A DNA stretch of 64,000 nt from Verrucomicrobiaceae bacterium (GCA_051252135.1 JBPOGH010000009.1:96001-160000), one strand, 5' to 3'. Shown: positions 46,921 through 57,721, counted from the first letter of the stretch. Notes: generated from the sequence alone by a model not told the origin. A program made the numbers and translations.

Positions 46921-49900
46921 CTAGTGGTCGTCTTTTTCCGGGACGGGGGCTTTGTCGGCTCCTTGGAGGGTGTGCATCCAGTGGCGGATGGCGTCGAATT
47001 GCTTATCGGCATCGCCGTCGTAGAAGGTGCTGTTGAGGGCCTTCTGTTTATCGACGGTGTATTTCGGCATGATGGTGAGAGGCGAGAAGCGCTGGGGCCA
47101 ATACATCCAGGAGTGGTAGTAGCCGGGGCGGAGGCGCTCGCCGGAGAGCTGAAGGTTCGGTCCTTGTCCCTCGAAGGCTTGCAGGGCGGGGGTGGCACCG
47201 GTGGCGTGGCAGGTGGTGCAGGCGTATCCGGTGAGTCCGGCGATTTGTTCGCCGACCTTGACGCGGTCGGGGTCGACCTTGAGTTCGTCATCGGCGAGCT
47301 CCATGCCGGCGCGGTAGGCGATGCCTTTGGCGAGGTATTTGGAGCGGCTGGTGAATTCGGGCATGCGTGCGGTCATCCAGGGGCGTGTTTTTTGAACGTC
47401 GCCACAGAGGAGGGATTCGAGCCAGCCGGCCTGGAGTTTTTCTCCGGCGAGATCGATCTCCGGGAGTTTATTTTCACCGCTGTGGCAGGTGTTGCACTGG
47501 AGGCGCTCGATCGTGCGGGTGGCATACTCGTGCGGGACGAAGCGACGGGCGGAACTGATGTTCTTGTTGCCATCGATATTCTTAAAGGCGAGGAGCGCTT
47601 GCTTTTGTTCGAGACTGAGTCCGAGCTCGGGCGCGTTGCCTTCTTCCTCTGACAGGCAGCCGTGGACGAGCCATTCGGAGTCGAACATTTGTTTCACCTT
47701 CTTGGCGGGGAATTCGTATTTTACTCCTTTGGCAGGCTGGTGGCAGACGTCGCAACGCTGGGCGACCATGGCTTTTCCTTTGGCGGCATCGCCGGTGGGC
47801 ATGGGGAGGGATTTGGGCTGCTTGGCTTGGATGGCGGCGGCGATATCAGCGGCTTCCTGAGCGGTGAGGCGCAAGTGGGGGAAGGCGGTGTCCCTGGCGT
47901 GTGCGGTGGGGTCCATGAGGAAGGCTTGCAGACCTCCGCTGGTGAACTTGGGAGTTTGGGCAAGCTTGTCGGCCCAGGTGTTGAAGTGGAGTTCCTCGAT
48001 GAGGGTGTCTCCTTTTTTGGCGTCCCCTTTGAGAGCGGGGAGTTCATTTTCGCTCAAGGTGGCGAGGTAGGCGGCGATGTCGCCCGCGGAATCCGGAGCG
48101 ACGCTGGGGCAGTGGTCCTCGGGTTTTTTGACCCATTGCTCGAGCCAGCCGGGCTGCATGCGGTTCCCGATGTTTTGGAAGTCGGGAAGGTGCTCGCGAA
48201 TCTCGGGCATGGAGGCTCCGGGCTTGAAGATGTTGCTATCGGCCTCATGGCAGCGGGCGCAGCCGACGGCGGCGAAGAGATCACGACCGGCGCGGGCCTT
48301 GTCCTTGGCGGCCAGAACGGGCGTGGCGCGGTAGCGGTAGGCGGAGGGTTTGACGGGTTCCCAGACGAAGTCGGATCCGCTCCAGAGGAGGCGGATTCGG
48401 CCGGAGCCGTCTTCCGCTTTTTTGAAGTAGCAGTAGATGGCTTGCGGTCCGGCTTCGAGCTCGAGGGGTTGGCTTTCCAGGGGAAGTTCGCCCTCGATGA
48501 CGGTCTTGCCGTTGATCTTGAGGCTGGCCCAGCCGTGGCCGTCGAGCTGGAAGGCGCGTTGGTCACGGGCATCGACGATGATGTTTCCTTCGAAGACGGC
48601 CTGGTCTCCCTTGATGAAGGTGGTGATGGCGTCGCCTCTTTCGAGGGTCATGGCGAGGCGATCGACGACGACGGCGTCATCCGCACTTCCTTCCGAGGTG
48701 CTGAGGATGAGACCCGGCTCACCGAGTGCCTCTTTTTTGATTTCGGGGAGATTGGCGAGGTCGAGTCCGTGGGCGTTGAAGGCGGGGCGGAGGTTGTGGA
48801 TGGTGTTCCAAATGGTTTCCTTGAAGGGCTTTTTGCCGGCGTCGGCGAGGTCCATGCCGATTTCCATCTGCATGGCGGGGGTCATTTTGGGAATGTAGAG
48901 GAAGACGGATTTGCCATCCTTGAGGAGTTTTGCGGCGCGCACTTCGACGGCGTCGATTTGGTTTTCGGAGCCTTTGGAGGGTTCGACGAGGGCTTTTTGG
49001 AGCGCTTCGTTATTGGCTTCATCGATTGAGAATCTACCGGAACCGTATTGTGGTCCCCAGACGTAGTCCCACTTGCTCACGTTGTAGCGGCGGGGGTCGT
49101 TCGCGACCTCGGGATCGAGCGAGCTGCTGAACTCGATGCGGAGTCCGTTTTTGTGGGCTTCGAGTTTGAGGGGGACGGGCTTTTCCTCACCGACAAAGCG
49201 GACGCGCTGGAATCCGGTGCCGCCATTGGTCTGCCATCCGCGGAAGCCGATGATGTAAAGGTGACCCGATTCAGGATGGAAGCGACCGCGCATGCCGGCG
49301 GTGGTGAGGTCAATGGGGAGGCGGTAGACGCCGCCCTGGACCTGGCCGTTCACTTCATCGATCAAGGTGCGGTAGATCGAGCTCTTTCCGTAGGAGAGGT
49401 GGAGCATCTGGCCGGCGTGGTTTGACCAAGTGCTGTCTTTTGGCACCCAGAACTGGCTGCCGCTGGAGTTATCGACGTAGTAGGGGAGCCAGCAAAGGGG
49501 GCGCTCGTAGTCGGTGGGCATGCCGGGAAGGGTGGCGACGAAATTCCGGCCATCCCACTCGCTGGGGACGACGCCGTGGAAGCTGCTGCCGTCTTGCTTG
49601 CTCCAAGTGATCTTACAACGCGGGACGTAGCTTCCTTCATTTTCTCCGGTGGTTAGCTCGCCATTTGGCCCGAGACCGAGACCGCCGGGTGCGCGGAGTC
49701 CCCAGGCCAATTTGGTGAGTGTTTTCCCGTCGGGACTGAGCTTCAGGATGGTGCCGTTGTGCTCGGTGGACTCGGCAAAGCCACGTCCGCCAGAGAGGAC
49801 GGGCATCCCTTTGCTGAAGTAGAAATTTCCTTCGGCATCCGTCTGCAAATCGAAGGCGAACTCGTGGAATCCCCTGGTGATGAGGACGTCGTTATTGAAG

Positions 49901-51087
49901 CACTCGTAGAAGTCTGCTTCGCCATCGTTATTCAAATCATGGAGGCGGGTGATCTGATCGCGGCCTTGGGTGTGGATGACGCCGTCGACAATCTTGAGCC
50001 CGAGAGTTTGGTAGAGGCCACTGGCGAAGCGGCGCCATTTGACCTTGGAAATGTCGCCATCGATTCCTTCGGCGATCCAGACATCGCCATTCCAGGTGGA
50101 GCAGGCGACGCTCTTGCCATCGGGGAAGAAGTCGAAGGCTCCAAAGCGGATGTTCGACTCCCAGGGGTTTTCTTTGGGAAGGGGGATGTCATCGGCAGCA
50201 TAGCCGTTTTTGGGTTCGGCGAGGCGGCCTTTGGTGGTGATGATCTCCGGGAATAAGGAGGGGCCGCCTTTGGTGAGGCCTGCGAGGCTCGCTCGTTTGG
50301 CGACGGGGATTTCGACGCCTTCCGGGGCGTAGACGAGGTCGAGTGAGCCGGCGGTTCCTTTTTCCAGGGAGAGGACGATGCGTCCGGAGTCGAGAGTCTG
50401 CAGGCTGGCGCCCTCTGGCGCGCCGCGGAGGGCGACGGTGATCTTACGACCTCCCTCGAGAGGATCGCGGACGAGGAGTTCGACGTCGTTTTTCATTTCC
50501 TCGAATTCAAACGAGCGCAGCATTCCCTCGCCGAGGGTCCATGGCATTTCGAGGACCCTGGAGCCGCCGACGGAATAGCTGAGGACGGTGCCTGTTTCAT
50601 GGCGGTAGAGTCCATGATACTCGGCTTGGGCGTCGGGGAGGGGGCCGTTTTTTGTGGGGCGGGGGTCGGCCCAGTCGCCATTGACGGCGACGCCGGGGCC
50701 TCGGTGAGTCGCGAAGAAGTAGTCCTTTTTCTTCTCTGGGAGAAAGGAATTGTCGTTGTGGACACCGCTCCAGGGGGTGCCCGCCATTTTGACGATTCCG
50801 TTGAATCCTGCGACCATGCGGAGGGTCTCGGTATCGAAGACGACCGATTGATTTTCCCGGGCGCCGAGCTTGATGGCGATCCCCTTGAGCACTGCGACCT
50901 CGCCCTTGGGGCCGAATCCTAAAAAGGTGTCGCTGATGAAGGGGCCGGTGTCCATGGCCTCCCACCATTGCAATTTGGGGTTGGCCTTAAGCTTGTCCTG
51001 AGTGAGCTCTGCCCTTGTTTTGCCGAAGGCGCTTGCCGTGAGGATGAGGGAGAGACTGGCTACCGATGTTGCCCGCAACAGATTCAT
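46921..51087 (-). CDS. DUF6797-type beta-propeller protein with PA14-like domain and four c-type heme sites
   Basis: MDTGPF, KGIAIKLG, GLYQTLGL, FHEFAFDLQTD; CARCH, CDVCH, CNTCH, CTTCH. Confidence 0.87.
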   Translation of the reverse strand: MNLLRATSVASLSLILTASAFGKTRAELTQDKLKANPKLQWWEAMDTGPFISDTFLGFGPKGEVAVLKGIAIKLGARENQSVVFDTETLRMVAGFNGIVKMAGTPWSGVHNDNSFLPEKKKDYFFATHRGPGVAVNGDWADPRPTKNGPLPDAQAEYHGLYRHETGTVLSYSVGGSRVLEMPWTLGEGMLRSFEFEEMKNDVELLVRDPLEGGRKITVALRGAPEGASLQTLDSGRIVLSLEKGTAGSLDLVYAPEGVEIPVAKRASLAGLTKGGPSLFPEIITTKGRLAEPKNGYAADDIPLPKENPWESNIRFGAFDFFPDGKSVACSTWNGDVWIAEGIDGDISKVKWRRFASGLYQTLGLKIVDGVIHTQGRDQITRLHDLNNDGEADFYECFNNDVLITRGFHEFAFDLQTDAEGNFYFSKGMPVLSGGRGFAESTEHNGTILKLSPDGKTLTKLAWGLRAPGGLGLGPNGELTTGENEGSYVPRCKITWSKQDGSSFHGVVPSEWDGRNFVATLPGMPTDYERPLCWLPYYVDNSSGSQFWVPKDSTWSNHAGQMLHLSYGKSSIYRTLIDEVNGQVQGGVYRLPIDLTTAGMRGRFHPESGHLYIIGFRGWQTNGGTGFQRVRFVGEEKPVPLKLEAHKNGLRIEFSSSLDPEVANDPRRYNVSKWDYVWGPQYGSGRFSIDEANNEALQKALVEPSKGSENQIDAVEVRAAKLLKDGKSVFLYIPKMTPAMQMEIGMDLADAGKKPFKETIWNTIHNLRPAFNAHGLDLANLPEIKKEALGEPGLILSTSEGSADDAVVVDRLAMTLERGDAITTFIKGDQAVFEGNIIVDARDQRAFQLDGHGWASLKINGKTVIEGELPLESQPLELEAGPQAIYCYFKKAEDGSGRIRLLWSGSDFVWEPVKPSAYRYRATPVLAAKDKARAGRDLFAAVGCARCHEADSNIFKPGASMPEIREHLPDFQNIGNRMQPGWLEQWVKKPEDHCPSVAPDSAGDIAAYLATLSENELPALKGDAKKGDTLIEELHFNTWADKLAQTPKFTSGGLQAFLMDPTAHARDTAFPHLRLTAQEAADIAAAIQAKQPKSLPMPTGDAAKGKAMVAQRCDVCHQPAKGVKYEFPAKKVKQMFDSEWLVHGCLSEEEGNAPELGLSLEQKQALLAFKNIDGNKNISSARRFVPHEYATRTIERLQCNTCHSGENKLPEIDLAGEKLQAGWLESLLCGDVQKTRPWMTARMPEFTSRSKYLAKGIAYRAGMELADDELKVDPDRVKVGEQIAGLTGYACTTCHATGATPALQAFEGQGPNLQLSGERLRPGYYHSWMYWPQRFSPLTIMPKYTVDKQKALNSTFYDGDADKQFDAIRHWMHTLQGADKAPVPEKDDH

Positions 51088-51167
51088 GCAAAAAACTACG
51101 TGCTGCGGAAAAGGCTTCAATCATTAAGCTGCGCCATTTTGAACACTCCTGGAATCTATGATACAGA

Positions 51168-54100
51168 TTAGGGGTTGAGCGTCACGTGGAGGCGGATGAA
51201 GCGCTGATCGCCTGCAAGATGGGCAACGAAATCCCGGATGGTGATGGTCTCCGTGCCATCTCCATTATCCGAGGCCGACCCTATCTGGAAAGTTGTGGCA
51301 TCCCAGCCGGAGAGGGTGGAGGAAACTTGAATTTCATAGGAAAGATCGATGGCGTTTTTTTGCCGTCTCAAGGTCATCGAGAGGTAGTCATTACCATCTG
51401 CGTTTGCGAAGGCTGATTGGTAGCCAAGTGTGGCGTCCTTGGTCAGGGGATCGAGGCCGAGGGCGTATTCGAGCAAGGTGTTGAGTCCGTCGGCATCGGG
51501 GTCGGCATCATTTCCGGTAATGGCGGGGTCGAGGAGGTCTGACTCGGTGAAGGTTTGGTTTTTCCAGAACTCGAAGGTCATCGAGGTAGCGGCCGGGCTG
51601 GCTGCGGGATCGCCGCCTACGAATTGGCTGATACCCCAATTGGGGGCCAGGTCGAAATCGGTGACGGCGGTTCCTGTGGGGTTGAGAAGAACCAGGGAGT
51701 AACCGGTCCCATCGGTCTGGGGATACCAGGCATCGCTGTAAGAGAACTCGAGAACGTTTTCGCCGACGGCATCGACGATTTGGAGTTGCTCGCCTGCGTT
51801 GTTGAGATTGCCGGTGAATTGGCCGACGACGGGCAGGAGGTTTCCGTAGCGGAGCTCGAAGGCGGCTTGGTTTGCCACTACGATGACGCGTTGCCCGGGA
51901 GCGAGTGTGGTGCCGCCTGCGAAGGTCATGCTAACGCCTTCGGTGAATTTTGCGTTGCTGAGGTCGAGGTTGTTTGGGCCATTATTGATGAGTTCGATGA
52001 ATTCGAAATCGGAGGCGGAAAGGGTGGGGATGCTGTTGAGTTCCGCGGTGGTGGGCGCTGCGGGGGCGAACATGATTTCACTCACGCGGAGGTAGGCCTG
52101 GACGAGGGTTTCGTTTCCCGGGTAGGTTTCGCTTTTGATGAGATTGCCGAAGTTGTCGTGAAGGTTGATGGTTTCACCGCGGGCGGAGAGTTGGCCATCG
52201 TAGCCGCTGATGAGGTAGCGTTTTTCATCGGCCGTTGGAGTGATGGTCCGGGAGCGGAAGCCGACGGCATCCCGGCCGATGTAGAGGGTTCCCCCGGCAG
52301 GGATGACAGCTCCGGGAGGCAGGGTGAGAGAGACGCCACCGGAGATGACCCAATCCGAGCAATCGACAGCGTAGGAATTGGGATTGAGAAGGATGAAGTA
52401 CTCGCCGCTTTGATCGGGGGTGGCTCCATTGCTTGCCGGGTTGAATGTGATCCCGACGATGTTGATGTTGGGCATTGAGGGCTGGGCGGAAGGGACTTCC
52501 GAGAGGCCGTAGAGCTGGGCGCGGCGGGAGGGGAGGTATTCGTTGAGGATTCGATTGGCTGCGGCACGCATGGGGTTGTTGTTTCCCCAGGAACCCCATT
52601 TTTGGTAGTCGAGATCGGCGTCATCGGTACCGGTGTTTGCGTTGTTGTTGTTGGGATCGATGAGGGCGACGAGGGCATTCACCCGGCCCGGAAGGTAGTC
52701 GGAGGGCGCGGATGTGGGGCCGTACATTTGATCCATGAGCGTCCGGACACGGCGGCGGAACATGTCGTTGAGGGTGGGGTCGTTGAAGATGAACTGCTTC
52801 AGGCGATTTGAGGGTCCGGCGCGGAGATTGTTGTTGTTAAAATTGTCATCGAAGTATGCGGGTCCGGAAATCCAGTTCCGGCCGAGGTTGAGATCGATAT
52901 CCCAGATGAGGGGGCGCCATTCACCGGTGCCATTGGTATCGCGATAGACATAGTAGTTTTTGTGCCCGTGATCGCGATTGTTTGTCATGTCGAGCGCGGC
53001 GAGGTAGTTGATGGTGCCGGGGATGTTGATGTTATCGTAGCCATAGCGGAGCTTGGCATCGCCGGAGAGGCCAAGGCCGGAGATGACGGCGGCGAGGTCC
53101 GAATTCCCCTCTTCTTTGCGGGTCTTTTTATTGACCCCGCTGGAGGAGGAATCGAAGGAGTTATACATTTTGTAAAGAGCGCCATTTTCATCGAGTCCCA
53201 CGCGATCGAGGTAGCGGTCATCGCCGTCTTCGATCAGGTCGGCGGTGCTAAAAAAAGCGGCATTCTGCTGAATGCGGACGGGGAAGGCGTAGTGGGCGGG
53301 GTGGCCGGAGAGGCGCATCATTTCGTAGCCGATGAAGTTGCGCGTCTTGGATTTATCGGCCCAGTTGGTGATGAGGTTGATATCCTTGGCCCGCTTGCCG
53401 CCGATCTCGGGGAGGAATCGGTCTCCCTTGTTGAAGTCGATGTCGTAGCTCTTCTTCGGGAATCCTCCCGTCGATTGGCCGTGTCGGTCGGCCTGAATAT
53501 TGTCGTAGAACTGATTGAGGTAAAAGATTGATCCGCGAGAGCCGGAAACGGTGGTGGCTCCATTGGGGTCGGCAGTGAACCAATGAATGACGGGGAGATT
53601 GGAGGATGCGATGGATGGGTCTTCAGCGATGGTGCCGTAGTATTCAGGGGAGTCGAGAGGGTCGTTGAAGGGCGGAGATTTGGTGGAGTTATTTGAGCTA
53701 TCGGTGGCGTTGACACGCCAGCGGATCATTTGTCCTGCGGTCATTCCGGAGGTGGACATGGAAGCGGTGTAGATGCCATCCCCCGCGAGGAGATCTGCGC
53801 CGGTGCCGTTGTCATTCATCGCTAGAGTGGACTCGCTGCCATACATGACGCGAGTGTGGAGGGTGACGGATGAGACGGGGTTGAGAGTGGGGACGACATC
53901 GGCCTCAATGACGACATTTCCGGCTCCCGGATTAAGAGGAAGGAGGCCATTGGTGACGCTGCGGACGAGTGGCCCGGGGCTTGCTGATCCTCCGCTATTT
54001 GCGGCATTTGGGGTGGGGGAGGTGAAGTAGGCTGCGGTAGAGGATCCGCTGATGGTGGCTGCTTCAAGAGTAGGAAGAAAGAGTGAGTCCGAGCTGGTGG

Positions 54101-55109
54101 CGCTACGATTTAATCCGTGGATGCAAAGGAGGTTGTTCCCCACGAGAAGATTTGAAGGATCAATGGTGAAGGGGACATCGACCACGGCATCTCCGTCATT
54201 GTGGATGTCGGTTGCGTTCGATTGGTAATCCAATTCGTCCGATGGAGGATTGAGCGCTTCCGCTATAATTTCAGGGTCGCCGTTGAGGTAGGCGACAAAG
54301 CCATCATCGTACTTCATATTAAGCGTCAACGAAGAGATCGAGGTGGGATCGGCGACGGTGAAGGGGATGCGGATGTAAACGGAGGTGACTGTGCTGCCCT
54401 GGTTGTAGAAAGTGCTCTGAATGTCGGTTCCGATGAAGGCATCGTAGGGGTCGTTGTTTGCGGTAGCGTAGCCGAGTCCGGTAGTGGCATTACTCCAGGA
54501 GTTGTCATTGAAGCCCGAGCTGATCCAGGAGTTGACGTTCTGGCCATCATTGACGTCGTCGTTTCCATTGGAAGGAACGAGATATTTGGCGGAGGCTCCG
54601 GAGCTGAGGAGAGTGAGGCTGGAGGTGGACTGCTGAAGGCCGTAGGAAATATCGGTGACCTGCTGAGGGTAGGCGGCTCCGTAGTCGTGCTCCACGGTGA
54701 TACCGTCAGGTCGCACGATGGCGAGATATTCGCCAGAGGCGGAGAGTTTGAAATTTGTGTGAAGCTCGCCGCCCGGGTCTTGGCGGTTTTTATCGGAGGC
54801 AAAAATGACGATGAGTTGTCCGGAGTTGAGGGTAATGTCCGGAATGGCCCACTTTGTCAGATTCGTGGAATCGTCGGTGAGATACCATCCGCTGAGATTG
54901 AGTGCGGATCCGCTTTGGTTGTAGAGTTCGATCCAGTCTTCGCTATTTCCATCTTCGTCGTTGAGGGTTTCAGCATTCGAGGCCATGAACTCCGAAATGA
55001 TGACGGATTGTGCCGGTGCCAATACGGTCAATCCCAAGGGGAGAGTCAGGAGAGAAATGAAGCGAGCGATTCCAATGTGGAGCGCTTTGTTGAAAAAGGA
55101 AAAAGACAT
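51168..55109 (-). CDS. Secreted LTD/CotH kinase-like protein with C-terminal F-x-R domain
   Basis: VIISEFMASN...DWIELYN LTD; FPKKSY, KNYYVYRD, WDIDL CotH motifs; ends QRFIRLHVTLNP. Start uncertain. Confidence 0.87.
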   Translation of the reverse strand: MSFSFFNKALHIGIARFISLLTLPLGLTVLAPAQSVIISEFMASNAETLNDEDGNSEDWIELYNQSGSALNLSGWYLTDDSTNLTKWAIPDITLNSGQLIVIFASDKNRQDPGGELHTNFKLSASGEYLAIVRPDGITVEHDYGAAYPQQVTDISYGLQQSTSSLTLLSSGASAKYLVPSNGNDDVNDGQNVNSWISSGFNDNSWSNATTGLGYATANNDPYDAFIGTDIQSTFYNQGSTVTSVYIRIPFTVADPTSISSLTLNMKYDDGFVAYLNGDPEIIAEALNPPSDELDYQSNATDIHNDGDAVVDVPFTIDPSNLLVGNNLLCIHGLNRSATSSDSLFLPTLEAATISGSSTAAYFTSPTPNAANSGGSASPGPLVRSVTNGLLPLNPGAGNVVIEADVVPTLNPVSSVTLHTRVMYGSESTLAMNDNGTGADLLAGDGIYTASMSTSGMTAGQMIRWRVNATDSSNNSTKSPPFNDPLDSPEYYGTIAEDPSIASSNLPVIHWFTADPNGATTVSGSRGSIFYLNQFYDNIQADRHGQSTGGFPKKSYDIDFNKGDRFLPEIGGKRAKDINLITNWADKSKTRNFIGYEMMRLSGHPAHYAFPVRIQQNAAFFSTADLIEDGDDRYLDRVGLDENGALYKMYNSFDSSSSGVNKKTRKEEGNSDLAAVISGLGLSGDAKLRYGYDNINIPGTINYLAALDMTNNRDHGHKNYYVYRDTNGTGEWRPLIWDIDLNLGRNWISGPAYFDDNFNNNNLRAGPSNRLKQFIFNDPTLNDMFRRRVRTLMDQMYGPTSAPSDYLPGRVNALVALIDPNNNNANTGTDDADLDYQKWGSWGNNNPMRAAANRILNEYLPSRRAQLYGLSEVPSAQPSMPNINIVGITFNPASNGATPDQSGEYFILLNPNSYAVDCSDWVISGGVSLTLPPGAVIPAGGTLYIGRDAVGFRSRTITPTADEKRYLISGYDGQLSARGETINLHDNFGNLIKSETYPGNETLVQAYLRVSEIMFAPAAPTTAELNSIPTLSASDFEFIELINNGPNNLDLSNAKFTEGVSMTFAGGTTLAPGQRVIVVANQAAFELRYGNLLPVVGQFTGNLNNAGEQLQIVDAVGENVLEFSYSDAWYPQTDGTGYSLVLLNPTGTAVTDFDLAPNWGISQFVGGDPAASPAATSMTFEFWKNQTFTESDLLDPAITGNDADPDADGLNTLLEYALGLDPLTKDATLGYQSAFANADGNDYLSMTLRRQKNAIDLSYEIQVSSTLSGWDATTFQIGSASDNGDGTETITIRDFVAHLAGDQRFIRLHVTLNP

Positions 55110-55407
55110 CGTGATGGGGAGTTGCACCGCAGATATCCTGCGAGCCCGCGGACCATATTTTGTTTTGAGCCTCAGGTCAGTCGAAATAACCAATCCAGCT
55201 AAAGAATTGCAGGTCATTGGGTAATCGTTTTCTGTGGGTTGATCTTCGGCGTTGAGGTCGGTTGCTTTATTGTGGGGGGCTGGCCGATTTTTAGGCGGGC
55301 TTTGAGTCTGAAAGTGACCGGAGGATCCGTTTCCTGCCCAAGGCTTGCAGAAGGGCGTGGCAAACAGGCCGGCTCGATGGGATTTGTCAGACTGAAAGGA
55401 GTTTTTT

Positions 55408-55423
55408 TGAGTGATGTCACTCA
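55408..55423. promoter_or_regulatory. Palindromic candidate operator in divergent promoter region
   Basis: TGAGTGA-TG-TCACTCA about 50 bp before ATG 55475. Confidence 0.35.
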
Positions 55424-55474
55424 TCTGTATAAAATGGGGTGGATGCTTTGTTTGTTATTGCAGCCGCAATCATT

Positions 55475-57658
55475 ATGAAAAAAATCTTCAATTTCACATT
55501 TGCTCTTCTGGGCATGGGTACCGCTCTGGCAGACTATCCTGCCACCGTCCTGGACGATGCTCCTCTGGCCTACTTTCGCTTTGAAGAAGATGCTGGGGCT
55601 TCCTTTGCCGCTGATTCAACAGGAAATGGAAATGACGCCATCGATTATGCCGAATTGGGATCTGGGGTCATCGGTGTTCAGGGAGCCATTGGGAAAGCGG
55701 TAAAATTCAATGGTGACGGAGGGATCGTTACCGGACTGACTTTCGACCCGTCGACCTCGGACTTTTCGATGGAATTCCTTGTTAAGCCCGATTTTATCGA
55801 AACGGATACTCAGGTGGTGATTTCGAATCGCGATGGTGAAGGGCTCGGACGTTCCAATGCCAACATCGGGGGAAACAGCCAGATTAATAGCTTCGCCGGC
55901 GGAGCAACCTCGAACTCGGGGATCAATGCCAAGGTGGGCGACTGGCAGCATGTGGTTTTCACCTATGAAAACAGCACAACGACCATTCGGATCTTCGTCG
56001 ATGGAGTTGAGGGAACCTCCACCGTGTTGGGAAACCTGGGAACCCCACGTGCGGTGGAATCGGCAAATGGTGAATGGATCATTGGTGCCCAGAAGCTACT
56101 TAACCAACAATTCACCAATGGTCTTGTCGACGAGGTGGCCATCTACGACACCCGTCTGGATGACCCCAATGGCGATGGCGATCCAAGCGATTCGCGCATC
56201 CCTGCCCACTACGAGGCGTATCGTGATGATACGGGCCTTTTCAAATTTGAGGCAGATCGGATTTATGCTGATTCAGGTGAGCCGGTAGAGCTCTCATGGA
56301 CGGTGTCGCCGACCATGACCACCCTTGAAATCGATAACGGGGTGGGGGATGTCCTCGGCGGGCTCTCCAGCGCGGCGGACGGTCGCTCGGAGGGAAGTGT
56401 GATCGTCAATCCCACTGCGACCACGACCTACACCTTGAGTGGAACGAATCCTTTTGAAAGCGACACGCTGTCAGTTGAGGTCATCGTGGACGAACTTCCG
56501 GTGATTGATCTCTTCGTATCCAACTTCGATGAAGTCATCGAAACTCAAAGTATTGAGCTGAGCTGGACCATAACCAATGCGGATACTGCCGAAATCGACC
56601 AAGGGATTGGAGCACTGGTTACCAACCCGGGCCTGGTGACGACCGGCAGCCAGACCATCGCTATCAATGAAGCGACGACCTTTACTCTCTCCGCTACCAA
56701 TGGTGTCGGAACAGCGACCGCTCAAGTCACTGTGACCACTCGCGAGGGTGACCCTTCCCTGATCGCTCATTGGAAAGTGGGGGAAGTAGACGGTGAAACG
56801 GCTGGCACAACCCTCCTTGCAGACACCGGAGAGGCTTTCAACGGAACATTCGTTGGAACCCCAGCCTTTGACACGGAAGATCCTGCTCCGGTCCCTACCG
56901 GATCGTCTGCCTCTTTGGTCTTCGATGGGAATGACAGTTGGGTCGATATCCTCGGCTGGAATGGAATCGGTGGCACCACTTCCCGCACGGTTGCCTTTTG
57001 GTTCAAAGGATTGGCCCCGCAGACCAATAACAACGCGACTTTGGTTTCTTGGGGAACCAACGCCACCGGAGCGCGTTTTGACATTCGTCTGAACAGCGGA
57101 GGGAGTGGCGTCCTGCGAACGGAGGTCGCCGGTTCCGGCTCCAATGGAACGGCGTTCATCGGAGATGACGCCTGGCATCATGTCGCAGTGGTTCTGACGG
57201 ATGATGGTGACCCCACTATTGGAGAGGTCCTTTTCTACATCGATGGCGAGCTGGATACTCTCAGTGTTGCCGGTGGAACTGATATCGACACCAGCACCGC
57301 AAATTTTGTCAGATTAGGTGCTTCGCGTGCCCTGGCGAACCGGTCGCTAACCGGTAAGCTCGACGACATTCGGATCTACAATCGCCCACTCGACGCAGAG
57401 GAAGTTTTGTCGCTTGTAGAAGGAGTGCCGGTTGTTGAGGAATTGGCAATCACCTCCCTGGTTCGTAATCCCGATGACTCCGTCTCTCTCCAATGGAACG
57501 CGCGGCCTGGCAAATTCTACTTTGTCGAAGTAAGCGCCACCCTGGAGGAAAATTCGTGGATCGAGCTAGCCGACGAAGTGAACGCCGGAGAATATTTGGA
57601 TAACACCTTCGCTATCGAAAACCGGTTTGGATTTTACCGCGTGCGGGAAGCGCCCTAA
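55475..57658 (+). CDS. Secreted protein with two LamG/ConA-like domains, Ig-like repeats and C-terminal F-x-R domain
   Basis: PLAYFRFEE, WQHVVFT, GLVDEVAIY; WHHVAV, GKLDDIRIYNRPL; ends GFYRVREAP. Confidence 0.88.
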   Translation: MKKIFNFTFALLGMGTALADYPATVLDDAPLAYFRFEEDAGASFAADSTGNGNDAIDYAELGSGVIGVQGAIGKAVKFNGDGGIVTGLTFDPSTSDFSMEFLVKPDFIETDTQVVISNRDGEGLGRSNANIGGNSQINSFAGGATSNSGINAKVGDWQHVVFTYENSTTTIRIFVDGVEGTSTVLGNLGTPRAVESANGEWIIGAQKLLNQQFTNGLVDEVAIYDTRLDDPNGDGDPSDSRIPAHYEAYRDDTGLFKFEADRIYADSGEPVELSWTVSPTMTTLEIDNGVGDVLGGLSSAADGRSEGSVIVNPTATTTYTLSGTNPFESDTLSVEVIVDELPVIDLFVSNFDEVIETQSIELSWTITNADTAEIDQGIGALVTNPGLVTTGSQTIAINEATTFTLSATNGVGTATAQVTVTTREGDPSLIAHWKVGEVDGETAGTTLLADTGEAFNGTFVGTPAFDTEDPAPVPTGSSASLVFDGNDSWVDILGWNGIGGTTSRTVAFWFKGLAPQTNNNATLVSWGTNATGARFDIRLNSGGSGVLRTEVAGSGSNGTAFIGDDAWHHVAVVLTDDGDPTIGEVLFYIDGELDTLSVAGGTDIDTSTANFVRLGASRALANRSLTGKLDDIRIYNRPLDAEEVLSLVEGVPVVEELAITSLVRNPDDSVSLQWNARPGKFYFVEVSATLEENSWIELADEVNAGEYLDNTFAIENRFGFYRVREAP

Positions 57659-57678
57659 TGTCATCGCCTCAACCTTTC

Positions 57679-57721
57679 AAAAGGCCCGCGTCGCATTGAT
57701 TGCGAATCGCGGGCCTTTTTT
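57679..57721 (+). terminator. Rho-independent terminator
   Basis: AAAAGGCCCGCG...CGCGGGCCTTTTTT. Confidence 0.8.

Noticed and set aside
55110..55424. N-terminal 105-aa extension of the CotH ORF
   Set aside because: AT-richer divergent promoter region; the signal-peptide-like sequence begins near 55109.
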